Source: an uncultured Gemmatimonadales bacterium
GTDB lineage: Bacteria > Gemmatimonadota > Gemmatimonadetes > Gemmatimonadales > GWC2-71-9
Length of the DNA: 64,000 bases
NCBI GenBank assembly: GCA_963739455.1
Contig: CAVUAK010000002.1
Coordinates: 432,641-496,640 of the forward strand
Direction of reading: 5' to 3'
The translations under genes and the position numbers were made by a program. Under the pieces are notes generated by a model, which made no database searches, was not told the DNA's origin, and worked only from the letters and a program-made list of their open reading frames with translations. This document shows positions 1 to 11,180 of the stretch, in pieces; position 1 is the stretch's first letter, and every line of letters starts with the position of its first letter.

Positions 1-2010
<2,010 letters not shown>

Positions 2011-2054
2011 TCGGCTCGGCCCGGCGATTGGGGAAACTCAGGAGCGGCTTGCAC

Positions 2055-3576
2055 TTAGGGAAGATAGGAAGGCGCAAGCTCCCCCGCTAGCACCCTCGAG
2101 GCCAACCGCTCCAGGTCGGGAGCCGGCGGCCGATCGGCGCCCAGCGGGGGAACGCCGCCAACCGGCGAGCGGACCTTCTCGTACAGCTCGATCACGCCCT
2201 TGCCTGGCTGGAGCGGCTTCAGGAACTCGAGTCCCTGGGCTCCGCACAGCAGCTCGGCACTGATGACATGGGCGGCATTGTCGGAGGATCCGGGACGCCT
2301 TGAAGGCCGCCGCCATGCCCATGGGGACGAAGTCCTCCTGGTTGGCGTCCGTCGGAATTGAGCCGATGCTGGCCGGCATGGCGATGCTCCGAGACTCGGC
2401 CACCAGGGACGCCGCGGTGATCTGGACCATCATGTAGCCGGATGAGAGCCCGGGGTTGTCCGTGAGGAAGGCCGGCAGTCCCTGCGACAGGTCGGGGTTC
2501 ACCAGGCGCTCCACCCGTCGCTCTGCGATTGCCTGCAGCGTCGTCAGGGCGATCGCCAGGAAATCGAGGGCCTGCGCCACCGGCTGTCCGTGGAAGTTCC
2601 CGCCGGAGAGCACCTCGCCCGACTCGAACACGAGCGGATTGTCGGTTGACGCATTGAGCTCGATGCGAGCCACTCCCTCGACGAAACGAATCGCATCGAG
2701 CACGGCCCCGAGCACCTGGGGCGAGCACCGCAGGCTGTAGGCGTCCTGCACCCGGTCGTCGTTCTCGCGATGTGACTCCCGGATCTCACTCGCCTCGAGC
2801 AGCTGCCGCAGGAGGGCGGCGGCCTCGATCTGCCCCGGGTGCGGACGGTTGTCGTGGATGCGGGGATCGAGCGGCACCGGTGTGCCGCGAAGGGCCTCCA
2901 GCGACATCGCCGCGGCGCCGACGGCGGTGCGCCAGACCAGGTCGGCATCGTGCACCAGGAGCGCGAGCATCGCGGTCTGTGCCTGCGTGCCGTTGATGAA
3001 GGAGATGCCTTCCTTCGGCGCAAAGCTGAATGGCTCGAGTCCCGCGGCCCGGAGCGCGGCACCGGCGGCGCGCCCATCCGACAGGGATCCCTCACCCATC
3101 AGGACCAGTGCGATATGGCTCAGTGGCGCGAGATCGCCGCTGGCACCGACGCTTCCCTGCTCCGGCACCGCCGGCACCAGTCCGCTGTTGATGAGTGCCA
3201 CCAGCGCGTCCACCAGCTCAGGTCGTACACCACTGGTGGGGCGGATCAGTACGTTGGCCCTGAGCACCATCACCCCGCGCACGACGTCGGCCGGCATCAG
3301 CGCCCCGACGCCGGCAGCATGGCTCCGAATCAGGTTCACCTGCAGCTGCTCCAGCTGGTCAGGCGCGATGCGGACGTTGGCGAGCTTCCCGAACCCGGTG
3401 TTGATGCCGTAGATCGTGGCACCCGATGCGACCGCCGCATTCACCCGCCCCCGGCTCGCGGCAAGTGCCGCACGCGCTTCGGGAGCTACTGCGATCGAGG
3501 TGGCGGGATCGCGCGCAACCCGGACCACATCGGCGATGGTGAGGGACGAGCCGTCGAGAATGAGGTTCTGGGGCAT
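2055..3576 (-). CDS. hutH: Histidine ammonia-lyase (frameshifts near the C-terminus, ~2280 and downstream)
   Basis: YGINTGFG, LIRSH, GSVGASGDLAPLSH (MIO-forming ASG), DRVQDAYSLRC, GGNFHGQP and ANQEDFVPMG motifs. Likely ATG at 3576; probable true stop TAA at 2055-2057 after frame correction. Confidence 0.9.
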
Positions 3577-3606
3577 GGGCCAAAATAACCGGGCGGACAT
3601 GAGGCG

Positions 3607-3670
3607 ACAGGCACGGCAGGAGATGAACCTGGTACCTGCTGCCTGACTTCCTGCCGCCGACTTCCTGCCC
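3607..3670. repeat. Short tandem repeats with an imperfect hairpin in the intergenic region
   Basis: cctgctgcctgactt / cctgccgccgactt / cctgccc in tandem, partly complementary to upstream aggcacggcagg. Confidence 0.45.
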
Positions 3671-3671
3671 G

Positions 3672-4802
3672 CTAGCGCATTCGAATCAGCTGCGGATTTC
3701 CCGGATCCGTCTGGAACGACCAGTCGATGATCGTGAATTCAGTGCCCACGTGCGTCGCTCGCACGGCACCGTAGCGCAGGAAGCCATCCGGCGACCCGGT
3801 GATCTGGATGACGTAGCCGTATCCCGGCAGCAGCTGGACAGGGGTGTGACTGTACCCGCCCACCGGTGCGATGTCGATGCTCGTCAGGTCGGGAATCGGA
3901 CCGCCAGAATAGAGCGCCACCGAGGCCTCCGCGCGCACCGGCGTCAGCCAGAGCTGGCCGGCCCCATCGCGCTCGATGGAAAAATCGGCGCTGGGTGATG
4001 CGCCCGCGAGTACGAGGCCCAGTTCACTGTCTTGTGCCAGGCCATCGTTGTTCTGGTCGCGCCAGAAGCGGAAGCCGCTCTGCGCCGCGTCGAACTGTGA
4101 GGAGGTGATCGCAATGTTGCGCGCGTCAGGACGCGGGGTGTCGTCCACAATCGGCGACCAGAGGCTCTCGAAGCCCTCGATGGTCACCGCCGACACACCG
4201 AAACAGCGTGGGAAGCCATTGGGCAACGCCCCGGCAATGAACTCCGGGGCCACCGTGGTACCCTCGAGCACCCAGCCGGTATCGAGGCAGAGACCGGTGT
4301 CGAGGTTGAACGGGGTGCTGAATATGCGATAGGTCCGGAAGCCGGCGGGGTCAGCCTCAAAAGGATTGTCCGTCCACGCCAGCGCCACCGCGCCGTTGAG
4401 GCTCGTACTGAACAGCTGGTTGACGCGTGGCAGGGTCAGCCGTTCGTCTACCGTCACGACATTGCTGCCCACCGACTCGAATCCGTCGAAGTCCACGGCC
4501 GTGACGTAGTACTGCAATTCCGGCACACCCTGGTCGTGGAAGCTGTTCGACGTGGTCGTGCCCCGCAGCACGAAGGCCTGTGACGTGTTGCTGCGCGAGT
4601 AGATGTTCCACACGTTGACGCTTCCATCGGTCACCTGGTCCCACTCCAACAGTGTCGCCACCGGGATCGTGGCCGGCCCGCCCGAGGTCACGTCATAGAA
4701 CAGGTTCGTGGGAGGTGGCAACGTTCCCCCTCCCGGCGCCACGATGTTGTTCGTGGTGCAGGCCGCGAGCAGCAGGAGCGCGAGCGAGAGCCGGCGGGGC
4801 AT
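3672..4802 (-). CDS. Hypothetical lipoprotein with fibronectin-III-like beta-sandwich repeats
   Basis: Start MPRRLSLALLLLAAC (lipobox LAAC) with GGAG RBS; two repeats ending YYVTAVDFDGFES and CFGVSAVTIEGFES resemble FnIII C-terminal strands. Confidence 0.7.
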   Translation of the reverse strand: MPRRLSLALLLLAACTTNNIVAPGGGTLPPPTNLFYDVTSGGPATIPVATLLEWDQVTDGSVNVWNIYSRSNTSQAFVLRGTTTSNSFHDQGVPELQYYVTAVDFDGFESVGSNVVTVDERLTLPRVNQLFSTSLNGAVALAWTDNPFEADPAGFRTYRIFSTPFNLDTGLCLDTGWVLEGTTVAPEFIAGALPNGFPRCFGVSAVTIEGFESLWSPIVDDTPRPDARNIAITSSQFDAAQSGFRFWRDQNNDGLAQDSELGLVLAGASPSADFSIERDGAGQLWLTPVRAEASVALYSGGPIPDLTSIDIAPVGGYSHTPVQLLPGYGYVIQITGSPDGFLRYGAVRATHVGTEFTIIDWSFQTDPGNPQLIRMR

Positions 4803-4839
4803 GGCGTTGTTTCTCCGAGAGGTGATGCAAGGAGCGCTG

Positions 4840-4855
4840 AGCAGGGAGTATGCCA
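4840..4855 (-). promoter_or_regulatory. Putative sigma54 (-24/-12) promoter
   Basis: Minus strand TGGCATA-CTCC-CTGCT: GG-N10-GC spacing, about 38 bp upstream of the lipoprotein ATG. Confidence 0.55.
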
Positions 4856-4967
4856 ATGAGGGTGTGAAGACGTGAGGGCGTGAAGACGTGAGGCCTATCT
4901 TACGCGATACCAATGCCTTTCAGCATTCGGTCACCTCACCTCCTCACGTCTTCACGTCCTCACGTCT
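4856..4967. repeat. Inverted arrays of tandem octamers (GTGARGRC-like) around a ~36-bp spacer
   Basis: Left 4856-4895 atgagggt|gtgaagac|gtgagggc|gtgaagac|gtgaggcc; right 4932-4967 cacctcac|ctcctcac|gtcttcac|gtcctcac|gtct, the reverse complement. Confidence 0.8.
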
Positions 4968-4996
4968 CCGAAGGGCGTCGCCGCCCAAGGACAGCG

Positions 4997-7900
4997 TCAC
5001 TGCTCGAACGTCGTCTGCTGGTAGTCATAGCGCAGCTCGGGCAGATCCGTCAGGAACACCGAGAAGAAGAACGCGAAGTTGCCGTTGGCATTCCGGACGA
5101 ACCGGAATGACGCCCGCCATTCGTGAAGCTCGCGCGCCAGCGACACCGTCTGCGACTCGAAGCGCCCCTGGCTGAAGTTGTACTGCGCCTGCCACGACAC
5201 AGCCCAGAACTGCGTGGGCGTGAATTGCAGCGAGTAGTTCAGGGAGACCTGGTCCTGCGGCGTGACGAGCGGCGCAGGCAGCGGCCGGAATCGCTGTACC
5301 GTGACGGCGAAATTCGAGGTGAAGCCACGCTGCCCCCCCGCCCCCGTGTTGCTGTAGCTCGACGCCGGCCGGATCGGCCGGCTCCCCTGGTTCTGCAGGT
5401 AGTTGTCCCGGTTCGGGTCGTTCAGGGTGCTCTGCAGTGCGCCCTGCGGCTGCCCACCTACTCCCTTCATGGAACCGCCGAACAGTGAGCGCAGTGTCGC
5501 GCTCGAGATGCCGAAGGTCGCATTCAGGTTGCTGAGGAAGGGCGAGAACTGCGAGGTATCCACGCCGGCCAGGCCACGCCACAGGTCGATCCCGAACCCC
5601 AGCGTGAACCCCGGCAGCAGGTCGCTGAGCACCGAGTTCGTGATCTGCTGCGTGACCCAGCCGCTGCCGCCGGGCTCTCCCGCCCGCTGGAAGTTGTAGC
5701 TGAATGGGCTCGTCTGGATGCTCAACAGGCGAAACCGCCTCGTCTGGGTGCCGAGGGTATCGTCCGGCGCGGGCTTGACCTTCACCTCGAAATTCTGGTT
5801 GAGTGCGAGGGTGAGGAGGTTCTCCGGCTGGCTGCGGAGCAGTTGTTCCTGGCCGGGCAGGGCGATCGCCGCGGCATACGCCGCCGGCACGGTCGCCGCC
5901 GGCGCAAACGACCATGTCAACAGCGGATTGATGCTGTGCCGCATGCGGCTCAGCCCGGGGATGAAGCCGACGTTGAAGAAGGCGAAGAATGTCGGCGTCA
6001 TCGACAGGCTGAACCGGGCGCGCTTTCCCTGCACCACCCAATCGCCGTCCGTGTTCCGGTTGCGGATGGCGAAGGGCCCCGACGTCACGTTCTGCACGCC
6101 GATGCTCGGCTGGATTTTCCAGGTGCCGTGCAACAGGAATGGCAGGTTGATGCCGGTGTCCCAGTCGAGCGAGCCCTGAAAGCGGTTGGCAAAATACCTG
6201 ACCGTCGTGTCCGCCGGGTTGTCCGGGTCGGGCCCGAATGTGGAGTCCCGTCCACTGACATTGGCGTCGGAGTAGCTCACCGAGTTCTGCCAGTTGAAGC
6301 TGCCGAAACGAAACGGCGTGGAAAGCCGGGCCGAGGTGGTGCGCGAATCGACCGTGAGTTGCACCGAGTCGATGGCGCCGCTCGGGGTCACGAACCTGAG
6401 GAACCCCCGAGGCTGGTCGAACGTCTGGTCCTGGCTGAAGGCAAACGCCGGCGACCAGGTCGAGTTGGAACCAAGGGCAATCGGCCTGGGCGTCACGTCG
6501 AGCGAAGGCAGTGTCTGCGTGACGCTCCCATTCGTGATGTCCTGCCGGCGGTTGCCGCCGATGTTGACGGCGCCCCAGCGGTACTGCTTGGTGAAGCGCA
6601 ACTGGCTGCTGATCTGCTGCGTGTTGATGAGTGGGTCGATGGCGTTGTTGTTGATGACCTGGGTATTGGTCGCATAGCCGATCGACAGGGCGATATTCGT
6701 CGTCAGGCTGAACTTCTGCGCATGGTCCCAGCGCAGCTGGAGGCTCGAGCCCCCGTCCGTCTCCCACTGCTTGTTGATGGCGAAGGTGCCACTGAGGAAC
6801 CGGTTGAGCCAGCGGTAATCGGTCTGGAAGCCGAGGGCCACGTAGCGTCCCGAGAACCAGTTGATCCGCCCGGTTATGTCCATGTAGTCGTTGGTGGCCC
6901 AGTAGTAGCCCAGGTTCGTGATCTGCCGGGAATAGCTGGGGGACGGGCGGATGATGTCGGAGAATCCGAAGGCCGGGATGAGCAGTCCCGAATGCCGCCC
7001 GGGCCGCAGGTCCTGGAAGATGAACGGGAGCCAGAGGACCGGAACGTCCTGGATGTAGAGCACGACCGGCCGTGCCACCAGCACGGTGTTCGACACCCAC
7101 TTGATCTCGCGCGCGCTGAAGTGGTAATGCGGAATCGGGAGGTCACAACTGGTGATGTCGCCGTGGCCGGCGAAGATACGGTTGTTGACCGAGTCCTTGG
7201 CCACATCACCGCGGAGGAACCAGGTGGTGCTGCCTTGCTGGAAGTTGGTGAGGGCGTCCTTGAAGACGCCGCGCTTTTCGCAGGTGTTGTACGCCATCTC
7301 CTCGCCCACCAGGACCTGGCCCTCGTTGAACACCCTCGGGTCACCGGTCGCCTCCAGCGAGCACTGCCGCTCCTCGTAGGTGATGTCCTCCGCCTCCATC
7401 GTCGTCCCCTCCCGCTCCGTCATCGCGTGACCGTTGAGCATGAGCTGACGCTGCTCCGCCAGGATGGCGGCGGAGTCGGCGCGGTACTTGGTGACGGTGT
7501 AGCCGGGGCGCTCGAGCAGGGACCGGTAAGCGGAATCCTCCGGCGCGAAGGATTGTGATGGAGCGGTGGGAAGGCCGAGCCGGCGGGCCTGCGCTGTGTC
7601 GAGCGCCTGGCCCGGCGCGCGGGCCGGGGGAGCGCGGGTCGTGTCCTGCCCCGCCACGCGTGCCGGCGGGACCGGGATACCCTGCCCCGCAGCCGGCGTC
7701 GCGAGTCCGCCCATCAGCAACGCAAGCAGGATCATCGGCAGCATGGCCGCCCGCTCGCTCCGGAGCCGGCGGCGCGCAATCAGGGCGGCGCCGGCCACCC
7801 CGATCTCGTACAGCAGGAGGAGCGGCGCCGTCATCATCAGCATCGAGAACACATCGGCGCCCGGCGACAGCACCGCACCGGCGATAAACGAGAGCACCAC

Positions 7901-8494
7901 CGCGTAGCGCCGGAAGCGATGGAGGTCGGCAGGGGTGACGACACCGAGCGCCGCCAGGATGATGATCACGAGCGGCAGCTCGAACGAGACGCCCAGCGCG
8001 AGGATGATCTGGAGCGCGAAGCCGAACCAGGCGTCGAACGTGATCATCGGCAGCAGGGAGTCGGCCTGGAAGCTGAAGAACACCTTCAGCGCCTGCGGCA
8101 CCACGAAGACGTATCCGAGCGTCGCACCGACCAGGAACAGCCCGAGACCCGCCACGAGCGCCGGCAGGATGACCTTGCGCTCGCGATCGTAGAGTGCCGG
8201 CGAGAGGAATGCCCACGCCTGGTAAATGAGCACCGGCGACGCGAGCAGGAGCCCGACGACGAACCCGAGCTTGAAGACGATCATGAGCGGCTCGGTTGGG
8301 CTCGTGAACACGAGCTTGCCACTCGGCAGGAAGGGCTCGATCGGGGCCTTGAGCAGCTGCACCAGGTTCAGCCGGTCCACCAGCCAGAGCCCGACGCCGA
8401 ACCCGACCACGACAGCCCCGAGGGCCCGCAGCAATCGCGTGCGGAGCTCCTCGAGGTGGTCGAGGAAGGGCATTTCGCCGCCGGGTGCCGTCAT
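4997..8494 (-). CDS. tatC: Fusion ORF: TatC (aa ~1-240) + internal signal-peptide-like segment + LptD-like LPS-assembly outer-membrane protein
   Basis: N-terminal TatC motifs (MPFLDHLEELRTRL, YQAWAFLSPALY, GVSFELP, SPGADVFSMLMMTAPLLLLYE). C-terminal LptD-like ITSCDLPIPHYHF, PVLWLPF, RHSGLLIP, NLGYYW and amphipathic beta strands. No stop in 1165 codons. Confidence 0.85.
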   Translation of the reverse strand: MTAPGGEMPFLDHLEELRTRLLRALGAVVVGFGVGLWLVDRLNLVQLLKAPIEPFLPSGKLVFTSPTEPLMIVFKLGFVVGLLLASPVLIYQAWAFLSPALYDRERKVILPALVAGLGLFLVGATLGYVFVVPQALKVFFSFQADSLLPMITFDAWFGFALQIILALGVSFELPLVIIILAALGVVTPADLHRFRRYAVVLSFIAGAVLSPGADVFSMLMMTAPLLLLYEIGVAGAALIARRRLRSERAAMLPMILLALLMGGLATPAAGQGIPVPPARVAGQDTTRAPPARAPGQALDTAQARRLGLPTAPSQSFAPEDSAYRSLLERPGYTVTKYRADSAAILAEQRQLMLNGHAMTEREGTTMEAEDITYEERQCSLEATGDPRVFNEGQVLVGEEMAYNTCEKRGVFKDALTNFQQGSTTWFLRGDVAKDSVNNRIFAGHGDITSCDLPIPHYHFSAREIKWVSNTVLVARPVVLYIQDVPVLWLPFIFQDLRPGRHSGLLIPAFGFSDIIRPSPSYSRQITNLGYYWATNDYMDITGRINWFSGRYVALGFQTDYRWLNRFLSGTFAINKQWETDGGSSLQLRWDHAQKFSLTTNIALSIGYATNTQVINNNAIDPLINTQQISSQLRFTKQYRWGAVNIGGNRRQDITNGSVTQTLPSLDVTPRPIALGSNSTWSPAFAFSQDQTFDQPRGFLRFVTPSGAIDSVQLTVDSRTTSARLSTPFRFGSFNWQNSVSYSDANVSGRDSTFGPDPDNPADTTVRYFANRFQGSLDWDTGINLPFLLHGTWKIQPSIGVQNVTSGPFAIRNRNTDGDWVVQGKRARFSLSMTPTFFAFFNVGFIPGLSRMRHSINPLLTWSFAPAATVPAAYAAAIALPGQEQLLRSQPENLLTLALNQNFEVKVKPAPDDTLGTQTRRFRLLSIQTSPFSYNFQRAGEPGGSGWVTQQITNSVLSDLLPGFTLGFGIDLWRGLAGVDTSQFSPFLSNLNATFGISSATLRSLFGGSMKGVGGQPQGALQSTLNDPNRDNYLQNQGSRPIRPASSYSNTGAGGQRGFTSNFAVTVQRFRPLPAPLVTPQDQVSLNYSLQFTPTQFWAVSWQAQYNFSQGRFESQTVSLARELHEWRASFRFVRNANGNFAFFFSVFLTDLPELRYDYQQTTFEQ

Positions 8495-8510
8495 GCTGGT
8501 CCGGCCAGGC

Positions 8511-9296
8511 TCAGCGCCCGATGGCCTTCAACCGGTCGCGGGCAAGGGCCGCCTCGTCCGACTTGGGATAACTCTTCAGGAGCTGGTTGTACGCGTCACG
8601 CGCCTCGGCCTTGTCACCATGACGCTCCGCCAGCAGGCCCAGTCCGTACAGCGCCGCGGGTGCCCGCGAGGACGTGGGATACTCCTTCACCACCTTGCGG
8701 TAGTACGCGGCCGCGGAATCGGGATTCTCCGACGAGAAACTCTGCCCCACGAAGTAGAGCGCATCGGGAACGAGTTCGCTCTTCGGATAGGCCTGCAGCA
8801 TTTCGCGGAGGCCGGCCCGGCCGGTCGCCGCGCTGCCCCGACGCAGCTGGGACAGCGACGCATCGTACATCTGCTGCGCCGAGGCGGAAGCGGCCGGTAC
8901 CGCGCCAGCCGAATCGGCCGGGGCGCCAGGCCCGGCCGGCATGGGACCGCCACCAACCGACTCACCGCGCGCCTCCAGCTGCGAGCGCAATTCGGTGAGG
9001 CGACGCTGGCTTTGCCCCGTCAGCTCCTGCAGCTGCAGCAACTGCTGCTGCACCGCCAGCATGTCGTTCGCCGTGCTCCCCTTCATTTCGTTGAGCGAAC
9101 GCCGCGTGGCCGCCAGGGAGTCCATCATCTGCTGCTGCAGTACCAGGATCTGGCGCAGCTGTGCCGCGCTCGCCGAGTCGGCGCGCCGGCTATCGGCGCG
9201 CAGTACGTTGACCTGGGTCTCTACCTGCTGCACCTGCGCCGGCGTCGCACACGCAGCGACACCGGCGAGGCACGCAGCAGCGATGGCTCGTCTCAC
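8511..9296 (-). CDS. cpoB: Tol-Pal system protein CpoB/YbgF (coiled coil + TPR), lipobox present
   Basis: Downstream of pal; coiled coil, then TPRs (YPKSELVPDALYFVGQ, APAALYGLG); N-terminal GVAAC. Confidence 0.85.
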   Translation of the reverse strand: MRRAIAAACLAGVAACATPAQVQQVETQVNVLRADSRRADSASAAQLRQILVLQQQMMDSLAATRRSLNEMKGSTANDMLAVQQQLLQLQELTGQSQRRLTELRSQLEARGESVGGGPMPAGPGAPADSAGAVPAASASAQQMYDASLSQLRRGSAATGRAGLREMLQAYPKSELVPDALYFVGQSFSSENPDSAAAYYRKVVKEYPTSSRAPAALYGLGLLAERHGDKAEARDAYNQLLKSYPKSDEAALARDRLKAIGR

Positions 9297-9866
9297 TGGG
9301 GCGAGACGAGGTTCGCCCCGCCGGCCGTGACCGTGAACTGGTCATTCCGGTTCTGGGCCCACGCCGCCTCGGACTGGCCCGTGGCGATCGGACGCTCCGA
9401 CCCATAGGAGACGGTCTCGATGCGGCTGCCATCGATGCCCTTGCCCACCAGGTACTGCTTCGCCGCCAGCGCACGACGGTTGCCAAGGGCGAGGTTGTAC
9501 TCGGCGGAGCCGCGCTCATCGGCGTTGCCGGCCACCTGGATCTTGACGCGCCGGGTTGGCCGCGAGAATCGCCGCCTTGCGGTCGAGGTTCGCCTTGTCG
9601 CCCGGCTGGATGTCCGACTTGTCGTAGTCGAAGTGGATCAGCGCCGTCAGGTCAGCGTTCAGGGCCCGCGTACGCTCGGCCGCTGCGCGTGCCGCCGCTG
9701 CTGCCGCATCGTCGGTCGGCGCCGGAGCCGGCGCCGGGGCGACGGGAGCCGGGGCCGGTGCCGCGGCCGGCTTCGTTTCCGGCGCCGGTGCCTCGGGTGG
9801 CTTCTTGCCACCACAGGCGGCGACGAAAGCGAAAGCACAGACCGCAAGCAGCGAGGAACGTGTCAT
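9293..9866 (-). CDS. pal: Peptidoglycan-associated lipoprotein Pal (frameshift ~9550)
   Basis: FVAAC lipobox and IHFDYDKS in ORF 9516..9866; GNADERGSAEYNLALGNRRA and SYGSERP..NR in ORF 9293..9535. Confidence 0.9.
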
Positions 9867-9893
9867 GAGACTTCTCCTGTTGTAAGTGAACTG

Positions 9894-11180
9894 CTACGGG
9901 AGCCGGCGCGACCACGCGGGGAGCCGGGATGCCCCGCCCGTCGTGATCGCACGCACGCGCCCGGTTTCGATATCGATGACCCACACCTGCCGTTGTCCGG
10001 TGCGATCCGAGACAAACGCGATGTGCTTGCCGTCGGGTGCCCAGGTCGGGTCCTCGTTCCGGCCCGACGACGACAGCTGCTTGAGCCGGCGTCCCGCAAT
10101 GTCGAGCACGAAGATCTGCGGCCCGCCTGACACTTCGCGATGGAACGCGAGCGACACCCCATCCGGGGACCATTCCGGCGCATTGGAACTGCCGGTGACG
10201 CCGAAGTCGAACGGCACGAGCAATTCGGCGTTGGTGCCGTTCGCCTCCATGACATAGATCTGCGGCGGGCCGGCACGCGTCGAGACGAACGCGATGCGCT
10301 GGCCGTCGGGCGCATAGGTCGGTGAAAGGTTGTCCGCGAAGCGACCCGTGGTCAACCGCTGGACACAGCACATGTCTGAAACGTTGGCAACCTGGATGTT
10401 GGTGCCCTGCTCACCAGCCTGCGCGTAGGCGAGGAACTGGCCGTTGGGCGAGAACATCGGCGTGATGTTGAGCGCCGATTCCGTGCCCGGTACCACCTGC
10501 GGTGCCCCGCCCGAGAGACGCTGGATCAGGATCGGACCCTTGCCCTCGCCGAGCCGTGTATAGGCGATGCGATCGGCCGTCGGCGACCAGGCGGGCGACA
10601 GCGCCGTCTCGCCGGCCGGCGTAAGGGCGGTGATGGCGGCCCCGTCGAAATCCATGTACATGATCCGGCCGCCACTCACGTACGCGATTCGCGTCGCGGC
10701 AACGCCGGGCGTGCCGGTCACCCAGCGCACGACCTCGTCACTGGCCCGGTGCACCTGCATGCGGAGCGCCGGATCGGAGGCGTCGGCGAAGCGGGTCTCC
10801 ATGGTATTGAGCACCTTGCCGCCGGCGACGTCGTGCAGCCGTATCGTGGTCTGGGTGCCCGCCTGCGACAGCTCGAGGGCGAAGGCAGCACCGAAATTCT
10901 TGTAGAGCGCGTAGTTGAGCGGGCCCGATGGGCCCGCGGGTGCAGTCGCGCCGTCCGGCTGGATGATGGTCTCGAAGCGGTCGCTGAAATCGAGGTCGCG
11001 CTTCAGGATCGCGCGCACGGAATCGAGGCCCGCACCGGGAACGATGACCAGCGATGGCCTGTTACCCGGGTCGTAGCGCAGCGTCAGCCGCACTCCGCCC
11101 GCCTGCGGCACCGAGTCCTGCGCAGCAGCCGGCACGGCAACACCGGCCATCGCCGCGAGGAGTACCAGCGCGCGGCGCAT
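9894..11180 (-). CDS. tolB: TolB, periplasmic beta-propeller
   Basis: Signal peptide, DLDFSDRF, TRIAYV, repeated PD40 motifs (SPAWSP, PEWSPDG, PTWAPDG); operon context. Confidence 0.9.
   Translation of the reverse strand: MRRALVLLAAMAGVAVPAAAQDSVPQAGGVRLTLRYDPGNRPSLVIVPGAGLDSVRAILKRDLDFSDRFETIIQPDGATAPAGPSGPLNYALYKNFGAAFALELSQAGTQTTIRLHDVAGGKVLNTMETRFADASDPALRMQVHRASDEVVRWVTGTPGVAATRIAYVSGGRIMYMDFDGAAITALTPAGETALSPAWSPTADRIAYTRLGEGKGPILIQRLSGGAPQVVPGTESALNITPMFSPNGQFLAYAQAGEQGTNIQVANVSDMCCVQRLTTGRFADNLSPTYAPDGQRIAFVSTRAGPPQIYVMEANGTNAELLVPFDFGVTGSSNAPEWSPDGVSLAFHREVSGGPQIFVLDIAGRRLKQLSSSGRNEDPTWAPDGKHIAFVSDRTGQRQVWVIDIETGRVRAITTGGASRLPAWSRRLP

Noticed and set aside
4856..4967. Possible CRISPR array
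   Set aside because: 8-bp tandem units without unique spacers, and no cas genes.
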